A DNA stretch of 64,000 nucleotides, from the NCBI GenBank assembly GCA_025594325.1, contig JANHCV010000006.1:372001-436000 (forward strand), read 5' to 3'. The position numbers were made by a program, and so were the translations under genes. The notes under the pieces are model-generated. The model had not been told where the DNA came from. It was given only the letters and a program-made list of their open reading frames with translations, and ran no database searches. Numbering within the stretch: the first letter of the stretch is position 1; each line of letters begins with the position of its first letter. Of this stretch, positions 31,979-43,846 are shown in pieces. This stretch comes from Blastocladiella emersonii ATCC 22665. Taxonomy: Eukaryota; Fungi; Blastocladiomycota.

Positions 31979-34171
31979 ATGGCCGCCTTCCGCGCCCAGG
32001 ACCCGCTCGCCGCCCTGCGCGAGTCGGACGACGGGCTCGCGCACCCGATGCCTGTTCATCGCGCCCTGCTCGATGAGTTTGCCGCGACCACCAATTCGTC
32101 CAGCGACACCGCGGCCCTCGCCAAGCGCGCCGCCGACTCGAGCGCTGCACCGACGCCCGACGCAGATGTCCATCGCGACACGCCACCACTCATCCCCGCT
32201 GCTGCTGCGCCGACGTCCGCGCAGGCCATGACCGCGGCGGACCCGGACACGTCCTACGCCATCGTCCTGGACGCGGGCTCGAGCGGGACGCGGGTGCAAG
32301 TCTACTCGGTCCGCCCGTCGACCACGGGCAGCCGGCTACCGCGCCTCGAACCCGCGCTGCACCCGACGCTGCACGACTGGCAGCTCAAGACGGAGCCGGG
32401 CATCTCGTCGTACGCGACGCACCCGGGCGGCCTGCGCACCGCGCTAATCCCGCTGCTGCAGTTTGCCGCCGAAATCGTGCCCGCGCGGCTTCACGGGACC
32501 ACACCCGTGCGCGTCATGGCGACCGCGGGGATGCGCCTGCTGTCGCTCGCCGACCAGGCGACTGTGATTGACGCCGTGTGCGGCGTGCTCAAAGATTTCG
32601 CGTTTGCCGGCGCGCCGCAGGGGTGCCACGCGACCGTCCGCGTGATTTCGGGGGAAAACGAGGGCATGTTTGGCTGGCTCGCCCTCAACTACCTCGCCGG
32701 CACGCTCGCTGCCCCCGCGGACGCGCCGCCCGCGACGCTCGGGTTCCTCGACATGGGCGGCGCGTCGACCCAGATCGCCTTCGCGCGGCCCATCGCGTCG
32801 CCCGCCGACCTCGACACCACCACGGGGCCCGGCGCCGTGCACCGCCCCGGCGCGCCGTACCGCATCCTGCACCTGCCCGCGCTGTCGCCTGGTGGCGCGC
32901 CGACACCCGTCGCGCTGCACGTCACCACTTTCCTGGGCATGGGCACCAACGAGGCGCGCAAGACGCACGTGCGGCTGCTGACCAACCACCACGCGTCGAC
33001 GACCTCGGTGCCCGACCCGTGCCTGCCGCGCGGGCTCACCGTCACCGCCGAGACCAACGCGTACCACCCGGACGGCCCCGTGTCGCTCGTCGGGCTCGGC
33101 GACTGGGACGCGTGCCGCGCGCTCGCCGAGGGCCAGCTGATCCACGAGCACGGGTGTCCCGGCGGGCCGCCGTGTCTCGTGCGCGGCGGCGAGGGGCCCG
33201 CGGTCGTCGCCAACCAGACCTTCGTCGGCGTCTCCGAGTACTGGTACTCGACGTACGACCTGCTGGGCATGGGCGGCGGGTACGTCCCCGAGGCGCTGCG
33301 CGAGGCGTCGACGGCGTTCTGCGCGATGCCGTGGGCGGGCCCCGAGCACAACGCGGCCGAGCGCGCCGGCGTCACGCGTAACCGCCTGCGCGACCAGTGC
33401 TTCAAGTCGGCGTGGATCGACGCCGTCCTGCACGTCGGGTTCGGCATGCCGAGCCACGCGCTCCCGCCCGCGTTCGACCCCGCCCGCGACGCCGTCTGCC
33501 CCGTCCCCGAAACCGCCGTCCTCGGCGTCGACCATACCCCGAAGCCGCCGCCCGCCCACGTCGCTGCAGGGTGGCACCTCCCCAAGTTCGGCAAGGAGAA
33601 GCCGGCGGCCGCGGCGTGTACCCGCCCAGACATCCGCGTGCTCACGTCGGACCACGTCGGCGACATGCAGATCACATGGACCCTCGGGTCGCTCCTCCTC
33701 GACCACCTGCCGTCGCCGCCCGTCCCGCCACCATCGCCCGCGGCCGTCGGCGGGAGCGGCGGCGCGTGGCGCTCCGACACGCGCTTCACGGGCGCCGACC
33801 CACTCGCGCTCACGTCCGCCCTCCTGCTCCTCGCCCTCGTCCTCGCCGTCGCGTGGACCCACCAGCGCCGGCGAGCGCGGTCGCCCGCCGCCGAGGCCTA
33901 CTACACGCACTACTACGCGGGCGCCGCCGGGCTGTCCCCGCTCGCGCGCGCCCGGTACCTCGTGGCGTGTGTGCGCCAGGCGGTTCACGCGGCGCTCGAG
34001 CGCGTCGGGCTGCATTCCCAGACGCAGCGGAGGGCGCAGAGCCACCCGCTCCTGAGCCCCGAAGGGTCGGGTGCGGGGAGCGAGACGACGGTCGCGGTCG
34101 AGGCATCGTCGTTCCGCATGTTCGACCAGCAGGGCGGCGCCAAGGTCGTCAATTTGCGCGGCATGGTGTAG
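31979..34171 (+). CDS. YND1: GDA1/CD39-family apyrase, YND1-like (single C-terminal TM)
   Basis: Apyrase conserved regions DAGSSGTR, ATAGMRLL, ISGENEG, DMGGASTQ and TWTLG; C-proximal TM LALTSALLLLALVLAVAW. Confidence 0.9.
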   Translation: MAAFRAQDPLAALRESDDGLAHPMPVHRALLDEFAATTNSSSDTAALAKRAADSSAAPTPDADVHRDTPPLIPAAAAPTSAQAMTAADPDTSYAIVLDAGSSGTRVQVYSVRPSTTGSRLPRLEPALHPTLHDWQLKTEPGISSYATHPGGLRTALIPLLQFAAEIVPARLHGTTPVRVMATAGMRLLSLADQATVIDAVCGVLKDFAFAGAPQGCHATVRVISGENEGMFGWLALNYLAGTLAAPADAPPATLGFLDMGGASTQIAFARPIASPADLDTTTGPGAVHRPGAPYRILHLPALSPGGAPTPVALHVTTFLGMGTNEARKTHVRLLTNHHASTTSVPDPCLPRGLTVTAETNAYHPDGPVSLVGLGDWDACRALAEGQLIHEHGCPGGPPCLVRGGEGPAVVANQTFVGVSEYWYSTYDLLGMGGGYVPEALREASTAFCAMPWAGPEHNAAERAGVTRNRLRDQCFKSAWIDAVLHVGFGMPSHALPPAFDPARDAVCPVPETAVLGVDHTPKPPPAHVAAGWHLPKFGKEKPAAAACTRPDIRVLTSDHVGDMQITWTLGSLLLDHLPSPPVPPPSPAAVGGSGGAWRSDTRFTGADPLALTSALLLLALVLAVAWTHQRRRARSPAAEAYYTHYYAGAAGLSPLARARYLVACVRQAVHAALERVGLHSQTQRRAQSHPLLSPEGSGAGSETTVAVEASSFRMFDQQGGAKVVNLRGMV

Positions 34172-34388
34172 TGTAGCCTCGCCGTGTGTAGATTTCGTTG
34201 TGTAGCGGCGGCGGCGGCCTGTGCGGACCCGTCCTCCTCGTTACTGCGAGGGCGGGCCGGCGGGCGCGCGTCTGGCCTTCTGTACCTGTGCATACTCTCC
34301 CTCCCTCTCTTACTGACCGTTCTGTCAACTCTCCTCAACGTGGAACCAACATCACGAAATTCGTTTCAGGCTCGCAGGCGCCCACCCC

Positions 34389-34460
34389 GTTTTGCAGGCA
34401 GCTCCCCACAGCTTTGCAGGCACCCCCGCCGCTTTGCAGGCACCCCCGCCGCTTTGCAGG
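34389..34460. repeat. 20-bp minisatellite, about 3.5 copies
   Basis: GCTTTGCAGGCACCCCCGCC at 34411 and 34431, with degenerate flanking copies. Confidence 0.85.
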
Positions 34461-36624
34461 CCGCCGCGCTCCTTTGAGAGCTTCCCCGCCGCTTCGCAGC
34501 CAAGGACCGCCGGCTGCAGGCCACCTCCCCACCACCCTGCCCCTCGAACCCCTGCTCCCCGATCCCTCCGCATCACACACAGCGCTCTAACGCGAATATA
34601 TCGTCATGTAACCACTGCAACAACTCGAAGCTTTGACTGAGCGCGCTCCAGAGAGGCTCCGACCCGTCACGCCTCGCCTCATCGTGTCGCACTGAGCAGG
34701 ACGGCGGCGGCGTCGAGCCAGGCGCGCGAGACAGCCAACACTGGTCCCGCCCCGCGTCCCGCCCGCGCGCGAGCAGTCCTTCGCGACCCGCTCAGCCGGG
34801 CAGCCCCGCGCGCAGCCCCGCGCGAGATCAACGCCCTGGCCAACGCGGGCGCGGCGTGCGGCGTGCGGCACGGCCTTGAGCACGCTGTTCGCGGCGGCAC
34901 CGCATGCAACGTTGCCGTGGCCCTGGCGGGCGCCGCCAACCTCGCCCCGAACAGCGTCCGATCGCTCACGATCGACGCTCTCGGCCCCGGGCTCCCCGCG
35001 CTCAGCGTGCGAGCCCGACGGTTTGCCCGATCAAAGAGCGGCGCATCGCGGGCCGAGACGGCGCGCAGTTGGGGCGCGGCTGTTCGCGACCCGCGCTCGC
35101 TCGCCACCGCGACGGTGAGCAGCTGAGAGGAGCGCCGGGCGCACGGCTGGAACGTGACGGAGCGGAGGCGGCGCGTAGCGCAGGGCGAGGTCAGCTCGAG
35201 GGGACCGTCACAGAGAGGAGCGGCTGGTCTCGCAGCAGCAGCAGCGAGGGCGCACACTCGCGCCGACGCAAAGTCCCGAAAAGCACAGGGAGCGGGCGTG
35301 CTTGAAGTGACAGGCGCGTCACGTTTTGTGGCCTCCGCCCTTCGGCGATCACCGCGGCCCGGCGGCGGGCAAGCCACCCGGCCGCCAAACAAAGGGCGAG
35401 CGCCGCCGCCCGCCCCCGCTCTCTCCCCCGCCCGCCGCCCCCTCCTCACCACAACCACACGCACCGACACGATGCCCGCCCAAATCAACGCCGTCGCGCG
35501 GTCCGCGCTGCGTGGTCGCGCGTCGTGAGCGTGCCTCTGATCCGCCGCCTCTCGCTCGCCCCACGCTCGCTCCTCCGCTTGCCCCCTTCCGCCATCATGC
35601 TCGCAACCTTCCAGCCGCCGCAGTACCCTCGCTCCCTACACCAAACCGCCGCTTCCCGACTCCTCTCGGCCGTCGCCGTTCCCCTTCGCCGCTCCCCTTC
35701 ACCGCGACACTCTCGCCCCGCGGTACCCGTCCCACTCGTCACGGCTCGATCTCCCTCCACTACGCTGTCTGCGCACCTACTTGGTGCTCCGCTGACGCTG
35801 GTTGATGCCGCCCTCGCCGCCGCCAACTCGCTCGTCGCCCCGTCCCGTCAACCGCCGTGCCGATCCTGACCCGTCTCGTCTCGTCTCGCTGTGTAGTGCC
35901 CGCGCGAACCTCGCTGACCAAGCTCGGCCACCGTCATCGCGCCCACCCGTTGGCCTCCTTCAAGTTGGCTAGCTGGACTCGCACGCGGCCGCCATCCGGT
36001 CCTCCTCGCCGCCGCCGCCCGCCGCCGAGTCCCGGCCCGACCACCGTGTCCGGGATCTCTCTCGCGGCAACGGTCTGCACACCTCTCACCAGGTCTCCCA
36101 CGCGGCTTGTCTCTGACTCGTCGCGCCCCGCCTGCACCGTGTAGTCGGCTTCCGCGTGAACTCGCTCGCGCGCGCAAGGTCAACCGCGACAAGACACACG
36201 TTTTCTAGCAGGCCACGGCCATGGTCACGGTACGCGCCCCGCGGCTTTTGCTCATCCACGAGAGTCACTCACTTGCATCTTCCTCGTAGCGCTGATGATG
36301 CTGTACCCAAGCGCGCATCCCCCAAGCGCTGCAGCTGTACAGTTGGGAATCGACCGCATCGCCACCGTGGCCAAGCCCAAGTACCTCAAGCTCATCCCCA
36401 AGGGTCCCCAAGGTCACGGCCGCGTGCACGCGTCGGCTCGCAGTTCGATGGCGGCCGAGTGCGGTGTGCTTCAGATCCCTCGAATCGGCCGCGACATGAT
36501 GCGGTCGTCGCCCTCCTCCCATCTCCCCCCCTCGATGTGCCTGATGATCAATACATTTTGTTCCTCCCTATATCTTTCTCGTGGACCCTGAGCGAAGCTG
36601 GAGCGTGAGCTGGAGAACCTATAT

Positions 36625-36855
36625 TGAATTTTTCCTGGGCGTTTTGAAGGCGATAACAGCGTTCATAGCCTTTAAAAGCGTGCGCAGCCTTCAAAGGCGG
36701 GGGAGTGCTTTTGAAGGCGGGGGAGTGCTTTTGAAGGCGGGGGAGTGCTTTTGAAAGCTGGTGGGTGCCTTCAACGGCCGGACATGGCTTTTGAAAGCAC
36801 CGCTTGCTTGCGGTGCCTTAATCGCCTTCAAAACGACCAAAAAAAATCGTGATGT
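36625..36855. mobile_element. MITE/foldback-like element with 15-bp perfect inverted repeat and internal 20-bp tandem repeats
   Basis: CGTTTTGAAGGCGAT (36640-36654) and ATCGCCTTCAAAACG (36821-36835); GGCGGGGGAGTGCTTTTGAA x3 (36696-36755); hairpin GCACCGC-ttgctt-GCGGTGC (36797-36816). No TSD identified. Confidence 0.5.
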
Positions 36856-36908
36856 CAACCCCCTCGTCATAACAAAAAAATGTCCGTGATCCAACCCCTC
36901 CCCAAAAA

Positions 36909-38326
36909 CTACCGCCGCGCAACCGCCGCGAGCCGCGCGCGGTACTCCTTGAGCACGTCGAGGTACGCGGCGTGGATCTTGTTGACGCGCTCGGCGGCGT
37001 CGAGCTCGCCGTCGAGCGCGGCGAGGGCGTCGCGGTTGGCCCGGAAGATGCGCGCCTTGACCATGAGCCGGAACTCGCGCGTCGGCCGCCCGCGCAGCGC
37101 GTGCAGCACCGCCATCTCGTACACGCGCTCCGCCTGCCGCCGGTGCAGCTTGAACACGGACGTGAGCGTCGCGAGCGCGGAGAGTTTCGCGGGGAACGCG
37201 CACATCGCCGCGAGCACGTCTCCCTTTTCGGGGGTTAACAGCGCAGGGTCCGTCACGAGCCGCGCGATCGGCGGGTCCGCGGGCGTCCCCTTGGGCGGGG
37301 TCGAGACGAGCTCGGTGATGCGGGAGAACAGGTACGCGAGATCGCCCGCGTCGCGGATCGCGTCCATGGCGTCGCTCGGGTCCTCGATCGTGAACTGGCC
37401 GACCTCGCGGTCGCGCACCATGGCGTCGAGCAGGTACGCGTACAGGTGCTGCGCGTGGCCGCGCCGCTGGAACGGCGGCAGGATCAGCAGCTGCGCGAGC
37501 CGCCGGCGCAGCTGCGACGGGTACAGGAAAAACGTGTACAGCGACGCCATCCCGACAAACTCGTACGGCATCGTGCGCGCGTGGTCGGGCGCGGGCGAGG
37601 AGGAGGCTGGGGTATCGGCGGCGGCAGGGCGCGCCGAGGTTGGCGACGTAGACCGCTTGCGGTACACGAGCACAAAGTCCCACCGCGCGTCGTCGGCGTC
37701 GACGGGCGTCGCGGCCTCGATCAGGAACATGGGGAAGATCTTGAACCGGTCGTACAGCTTCTTGAACCCGGGCGTGGTGAACTTGCACTGGAAGAGCTCG
37801 AACGTCTCGTCGCCCACCTCGTACTGGTGCACCTGGTGGCCGGGCGGCACGAACGCGCGCGCGTCGGCCTCGAGCACCTTGGCGAACTTGGCCTCGTCAA
37901 AGCACTGGTCCTCGTGCGGCGGCAGGTACTCGAGCAGCGGCGTCACCAGGCTGTCGTGGCTCACCTCGCCGCCGCTCTTTTCGTCGTAGCTCGCGACCAG
38001 GTGCAGCGCCAGACTCGCCGCAGAGTACCGCAGCGTCACCCGCGGACGCAGGTAGCCCAGCACCGTCTCGTCGGTCCCGTAGAACGGGTACGTGTACGTC
38101 GGGTGGAACTGCGCCGCGGCGCCCGCGTTCGCCGCATCACCGCCGGTCGCGGGCGAGCGCACCAGCTCCACCGAGACCATGGCGTTGGTGTCGGCCTTCC
38201 ACGTCGACACGGTCGACCGCGCCGTGGTGTCGACGACGGCTCCTACACGCGGAGGAGGGGACGACGCGGTTGGCCGATCGGGGGTTTCGGTTGATGCATG
38301 GTGGGTCGTGACGGACCAGAGCTCAT
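36909..38326 (-). CDS. HAT1: Histone acetyltransferase type B catalytic subunit, about 447 aa
   Basis: Exon 38326-38317 (ATGAGCTCTG), intron 38316-38243, exon 38242-36909. Motifs FHPTYTYPFYG..ETVLGY, FPMFLIEAA, QLLILPPFQRRGHA and FTIEDPSDAM..RD. Confidence 0.92.
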
Positions 38327-38714
38327 GTTGCAGGGAGTTCTCGGTTCGTTGATGAGGACTGGGAGGGGAGGGAGAGCGAAAGACCGCGGCCGAGATGAGG
38401 GACGAACGCGAATCCTGAAACGCGTCACGCGGGATCGGTGTGACCCCGTCGCGTCGACGCGTTTGTCTCACGAGTGTCTCGCAGCTAACGTTGGGGCTGC
38501 TTTTTCTCGCAAGGCTGAATCTCTTAGTTTGAGATCGATGGTTGAGCGGTTGATACGAATAACAGGCCGCTGGGCGCGATAAAGTTGATTTGAGCGCCGC
38601 ACTGAAGAGCGGAGGTGTGTGCTTGCCGATGGTCGGCAGTGCCAACATGTGAGATGAAGTGGACGCATTATCAAGTGTGCTTCGAGATGCCACAGATCAA
38701 CCACAATCTAACGA

Positions 38715-40045
38715 CTAGATGCTGACTCCTGCCAGCAGGTTTCGTGGGTTGAAGAGTTGACGCCAGTTCGCGACGCGTCTCACGTCCGCAACGCGCGCCG
38801 TCGCCCAAAGTTTCGCGCGTGCGCACGTAACCCCCGAAGTATTCGCGGGGAAACCATCAGTGGATCTCACAAGTAAAAGGAAGTAGAGGGGTATTCGCAT
38901 GGAACTCAGGACACGGGGCGAATTGGATGGTCGTGAACAAGTTGGAAAGAGGGTTGACCTAGAACAGCAGCCCACGCACGGGAGGTGATGGCTGGAAGCC
39001 CGATCCACTTGCACCGCTGCCCCGTGCTGTGCAACCAGCTAAAGCTGTCAAACTGCTGTTGCGCCAGAACTTCCGCTGTGTCCTCCCGCACTTGCGCCCC
39101 GACCAGCACAGGCAGCTGCTTGTACACGTTCGCTCAGTTCTTGAGCTCGCGTTCGCGGAACTGGGTGCGGTGAGGTCCGCCGTCGCGACGACCTAGCTGA
39201 GGAGCCGCCGCGGCACTTGAAGGCCAAACACTGAGCGTGTCAGGGGTTCAAGCAAGCGAGAGTTGATGATCGTTGGCTTTATTCACGTCTCGCACGCGGC
39301 GCGTGCTCGTGACACGATCATGCCATTTCGCGACGCGTCTCACGCCCGCGAGGCGCGCCGTCTCCCGCCTCATGTCGACCGCTTGCACACGTAAATGAGA
39401 CGCCGAGTTATAGCCGAAAAGGGGCAAGAAATGTCGCCTACAAAAGGAGTTGAGGAGAATTCTCATCACAGGTTTTTGAGACGGGGCGGGTTGGGTGGTC
39501 GTGGAAGTCGGAAGGAGTTGACCAGCGACATCATGATTGATGGATGTGTTAGTTATCAACCTCAAACGCAAGGTTCGAACTGATGCCTCCGGTGTCTCGC
39601 TCGCGTGGCCCCAAACCCACGAAAGCCCGTCAATTCACTTGCACCGCTGCCCCCAGGTTGTACACTCAACCGGCTCTAGCAAACTGTTGTTGCGTCGAAA
39701 ACTCTGCTGTGTCTTCCTGCTCATACGCGTTGAGGACCTGCGTAAGCAGCTGTTTGTACATGCTCATTCAGTTTTTGAGGCTCGCGGTAGATCGCCAAGG
39801 CGAGGTGACCGGCCGTACATGTCCTGGGCCAGCTGCTTGCTGAAGGCAAGGAAGAGGGCGTGGCCGACGCGCTCATCAAGTGCGAAAGCATGCATTTCGC
39901 GACTGGTGCACATCGTGGCAAGCATGTCGCGGGGCTAGCCGACCTTGGCGAGCTTGACAAGAACGGAGATCCATAGCTCGGACGATAAACGTTCATGCAA
40001 GAGCAGTTGCGCCAAGTCCGTTGTCAATTCGTCCATTCGATCCAT
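38715..40045 (-). pseudogene. Decayed tandem copies of a second F-box-like family
   Basis: From ATG 40045: LSSELWISVLVKL..*PRDMLATMCTSREMH..KQLAQDMYGRSPRLGDLP, with an internal TAG at 39935. Duplicated blocks at 38768/39329 and about 38998/39626; MYKQL.. fragments near 39127 and 39770. Confidence 0.55.
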
Positions 40046-40379
40046 GGTGGTGCGGGTTGAAGCGAGAGAAGAGGCGAGCGGTGGTGCGATCAGCCGTGTG
40101 AACTCACCCGCCACTCCGTCACGCTGTGGCGCATCGCGTGTCCAGCGGCCCGTTTTCGACTGTTCCCTTGCTTTCGTGCGCATCCGTCATAGAAGATTCT
40201 GGCTCTACCCGATTTCACAGACGACACTGGATTCGATCACCAGTTCAAAAACCGTGCAATGTATTCAATACCAAAACTTCCGCTCATTCCCGTCGCGCGT
40301 TGAGCACATACAAGTACTCCCCGCGGAACGCAACAACGCGGTCGTACCGGTCGCCGAGCCACTTCATACCATACGCCGC

Positions 40380-41989
40380 TTACTTGAACATGAACGGGAC
40401 CTCGCTTTCCGCGGGCGCGACAACATCCCCGTCCTCGATATGCTTCACCATCGCCGCGCGCGGGATCTCGCGCCGCGTCACGGTGAGCACTGGGGCGCCG
40501 TCAGCGACGGACGTGAAGCACGGGAACGTCGACGCCTTGCGGTCGAGAAGCAAGCGGTTCGCGCGGTCCGCGCGCGCCTGCTGCTCGGCGGTCCAAGTGG
40601 GCGAAGGGCGGACCGCGGTCGCGAACCGGGCCATGGCGACGCCCGTCACAGGCTCGAGCGCGAGCAGCGGCGGGTGCGTGACGCCGCCCGAGCGGAGGTC
40701 CGTCACGCAGATTTCATACCGAGCGGTCAGCGCGAGGTTGAGGTGGTAGCCGAGCGCGTAGCAGGGGTCCAAGTGCGGGAACGTGCGCGAGTACGGGACG
40801 TGTCCGGGCGAGACAACGCTGTGGTCCGTGATCGAGGCGCGCTGCGGGACGGGTGGCAGCGTGCGCAGGGTCTTTTCGGTCTTGCCCATGTGGATGTGGA
40901 AGCCGATATCCTCCTCGTCCTCTTCTTCGTTAGGCACGCGATCGGGGCTCGTGACGAGAAAGTGGTGCCAGCGCCGCTGGGTAAGCGGGAAGCGCTGCGA
41001 TGAGTTCCGCGTCGCGTCGAGCTCCAAGTGCAGCGACGGGAGGTACCACGGGCGCGGCGCGGCGTCCAAGGCGAGTTTACCGGCCGTGAACTGGATCTCC
41101 TCAACAATCTTACGCTCGGCAATCGAGAAGAAGCCGACCTCGCCCGTAGCGAAACCAAGAGCGATCAGGCCGGGCATGTACGAGTCGAGGTTGCGCTTGA
41201 ACCGGCACTGACGCTCAACGCGCGTGCTCGAGATGACACGAAGGGTGTTCGGGTCCAGCGTCTCGACCACGGGGTAGTTGTAGCCCGCGTCGTGGTAGAC
41301 GAAGACAAGCGTGCCGTCCGCCATGGAGTAGGCCTCGGTGCCTAGTCGAACAACCCGGGTTAGTACCGCGTCCAGGTCGAACGATGCAAACACATCAGCG
41401 GGCATGGCGTACCGTGGATCTCAGGGGAAAACATGCGCGCCTCAACAAGCGCCTTGTTATCGGGCCGGTCTCAGTACCACCACGCGAGCGTCCACGGCAT
41501 CCCAAGCGAGCGGAACCCTGACGCGGTGATCAGGATCCGCGACCGCGGCGAGTCGACGAGCAGAGGGAACAGCGTGAACCGGTTGCCGGGCGGAAGCCCC
41601 GTCTGCTTCAACCCCTCAAACCGCACCGTGGCGACGGGCTCGAGCGACGGCAGCGCAAAGACGTGCGCGCAGTCGTACCGGTCAAACGCGTGCTGGCCGC
41701 TGGTTTCGGGGCCGTGCGGATCCTCGCGGCGGCGCGACGCGAGCGCGACCATGTAGTCCTTGTCGAAGATGACCGAACTGAACGACTCGGTCTTGTCCGT
41801 CGGATCGCTCGGTGCCGCGAAATCGAGCTGCGTGACGGTAAAGTCGCCGCGGGTCCAGGACCGATGGACGCGGGCCTGGTCGCGGAACACGGCCCACCAC
41901 GACAGCGGCAGGTCCGTGAAGCGCGGCGGGAGGCCGTGCATGTCGCGCGCGAGCGCCAAGTCGCTCGTCGAGGCGTTCATTGGCTTCAT
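40380..41989 (-). pseudogene. Long member of the second F-box-like family, with one in-frame TGA; 5' end uncertain
   Basis: LARDMHGLPPRFTDLPLSW matches LAQDMYGRSPRLGDLP in the neighbouring relic. The frame runs through TGA at 41471-41473 to intron 41412-41342 (GTACGC..TACTAAC..TAG), which splices in frame to GTEAYSMADG.. ending at 40380. Confidence 0.55.
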
Positions 41990-42181
41990 GGTTGTCGGGT
42001 CGACTTTTGGAGAAGAGTCGAGGACTCACCACAGCCGGGCTGTGACTCGAAGCTGAGCCGCGTCGACCTGAGTGCCGCGGCCAGCTTCTCCTGGTCGCCT
42101 CGATCCCAGCAGCGTTCGTGCGAGAATGATGAATCATGTAGTGCGTGGGGTATAAAGACTATCAAAACCACTCCGATGACC

Positions 42182-43846
42182 TCACGACCTCGCCGTCACC
42201 GCCTCATCCGTGCCCGCGCGGCGTCCACGACCGGCGCCGTCCCCTGGCCGCTTCCGCGTACTCGGCGGCACGCTAGCCGCGGTCGCGAGCGGCTGCTGCG
42301 CCGCCTGCCCCGCGGCCACCGTCGGTACGGGGTTCAGCCCGACCTTCTCGAGCCTCGCGATCTTACGCTGGTTCTTGCACACGCTCCACGCGAGCTGGCC
42401 GAGCGACCCCGCCCACGCGGCGCCGACACACCCGGCCATCGCAAGGATCCACGTCGCCTGGCCGCACGTCACGCCGACGCGCCGGACCGCGTCCTCGTCG
42501 TGCGCCGACGGCGACGCGGTAGTCGCGCGCCCGTCGCACGCGGCGACGTACATGGCGTAGGCGTCGGGGACGAAAGCCATGACGAGCGCGAGGATGAGCC
42601 AGACGAGAACGAGGGCGATCTCGAGCGGAACCAGGAACATGCGGCGCACGCGGAGCTTCCACCGCTGGCGCATCGCTGACGCGCTCACCTTGCGCGCGCG
42701 CCGGCTGTAGAAACACCCCGAGTACAGGCCCAGAAACGCGAGCGAGTACCCGAGCGACCCGACCATGAGCCACTGGTACGCGAGGAGGAATGGGGCGCGG
42801 GACTCGTCGAGCTCGGCCTCGGCCGGTGGTGGGGCGTTCGGCAGCTTGCGCCCGCCGCGCGCCGTCGCGCGCAGGACGTCCGGGATCGCGACGCGCGCCA
42901 GGATCACGCCGATGAGCGAGCAGACGAGGATCACCAGCTTGATGAGAAACGGGACCGTCCGCCACACGCCGGGCCGCACGGACGGGCGCATCGACAGCGA
43001 GTCCTCGGTGTCGTCGCTGTCGTCGAGCAGCTTCGAGTCGGACCCCGTCCCGCGCGCGAGCGGCGCTGGTACCGATGGCGCGGGCGGCAAGGGCGGCGCA
43101 CTCGCGCGCGGCATGCTCCCGCCGCCCGGCGGGCCGAGCGGGACGAGAACCACGGGCTGCGGCGGGGACGGCGGGTTCACCACACCCACCGCCGCCATTG
43201 GCGCTGGCGGTTCCGCGACGCGCTCCATGACGTAGACGTTGTGCGCGGCCGACGCGACGGGCTCGGCGTACGTGACGACGCGCGGCGCTCCACTTGCCCC
43301 TCCCGCCGCTGACATGACGCTAGCGTGCCGCGGCGGGAGCGGCGGCGTCGGGACGTAGCTGAACCGCGCGTCGCCGGGGTACGCGGGCAGGAGCGGTACA
43401 CCGCCGCCGCCCGTGTCGACATGGTGGTGGGGGTGGTGAAGGCGCGGGTTGATGGGCTCGGGCATCGCGAGGAGCGGGGGCTCCGGCTGCGGCATGGCGA
43501 GCGGGGCGCCGTAGCCCGAAGCAGCCGCGAGCGGGGCGCCGTAGCCCGAGGCGGAAGCGGTGGCCGCCGAGTCGAGCCATGAGACGGACCCGTGCGACGT
43601 TGACAGCGGGAGGCCCGTGTCGGAGTACTCACCGTCGCTGCCGGCAGCAGCGGCGTGCAGGGCCGCGGGCGATGGCGCGATGCCCGCTGCTGCGTGCTGA
43701 TACATTGGCGGCGGAGGGAGGGCCGGTGGGGGCGGTGGAGGGTGTGATGGCGGGAGGAGCGGTTGAGTTGCCCCTGCGGACTGGCTGGCGGTGCGCGGCG
43801 GGAGCGGTGGCCGCGGCGGCGGGCGGGATGGGGGTTGGCGTTCCAT
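42182..43846 (-). CDS. Pro-rich N-terminus plus four-TM (MARVEL-like) membrane protein
   Basis: Likely start MERQPP at 43846; four hydrophobic segments (FLIKLVILVCSLIGVIL, LLAYQWLMVGSLGYSLAFLGLY, FLVPLEIALVLVWLILALVMAF, WILAMAGCVGAAWAG). Confidence 0.7.
   Translation of the reverse strand: MERQPPSRPPPRPPLPPRTASQSAGATQPLLPPSHPPPPPPALPPPPMYQHAAAGIAPSPAALHAAAAGSDGEYSDTGLPLSTSHGSVSWLDSAATASASGYGAPLAAASGYGAPLAMPQPEPPLLAMPEPINPRLHHPHHHVDTGGGGVPLLPAYPGDARFSYVPTPPLPPRHASVMSAAGGASGAPRVVTYAEPVASAAHNVYVMERVAEPPAPMAAVGVVNPPSPPQPVVLVPLGPPGGGSMPRASAPPLPPAPSVPAPLARGTGSDSKLLDDSDDTEDSLSMRPSVRPGVWRTVPFLIKLVILVCSLIGVILARVAIPDVLRATARGGRKLPNAPPPAEAELDESRAPFLLAYQWLMVGSLGYSLAFLGLYSGCFYSRRARKVSASAMRQRWKLRVRRMFLVPLEIALVLVWLILALVMAFVPDAYAMYVAACDGRATTASPSAHDEDAVRRVGVTCGQATWILAMAGCVGAAWAGSLGQLAWSVCKNQRKIARLEKVGLNPVPTVAAGQAAQQPLATAASVPPSTRKRPGDGAGRGRRAGTDEAVTARS

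Noticed and set aside
35470-36600. Short coding-like pieces (MPAQINAVAR; GIDRIATVAKPKYLKLIPKG)
   Set aside because: No consistent exon chain or recognisable family could be built.
38327-38693. N-terminal extension of HAT1 in the ORF track
   Set aside because: Starts at a non-ATG codon and lacks codon bias; a short ATG exon plus a canonical intron explains the start better.
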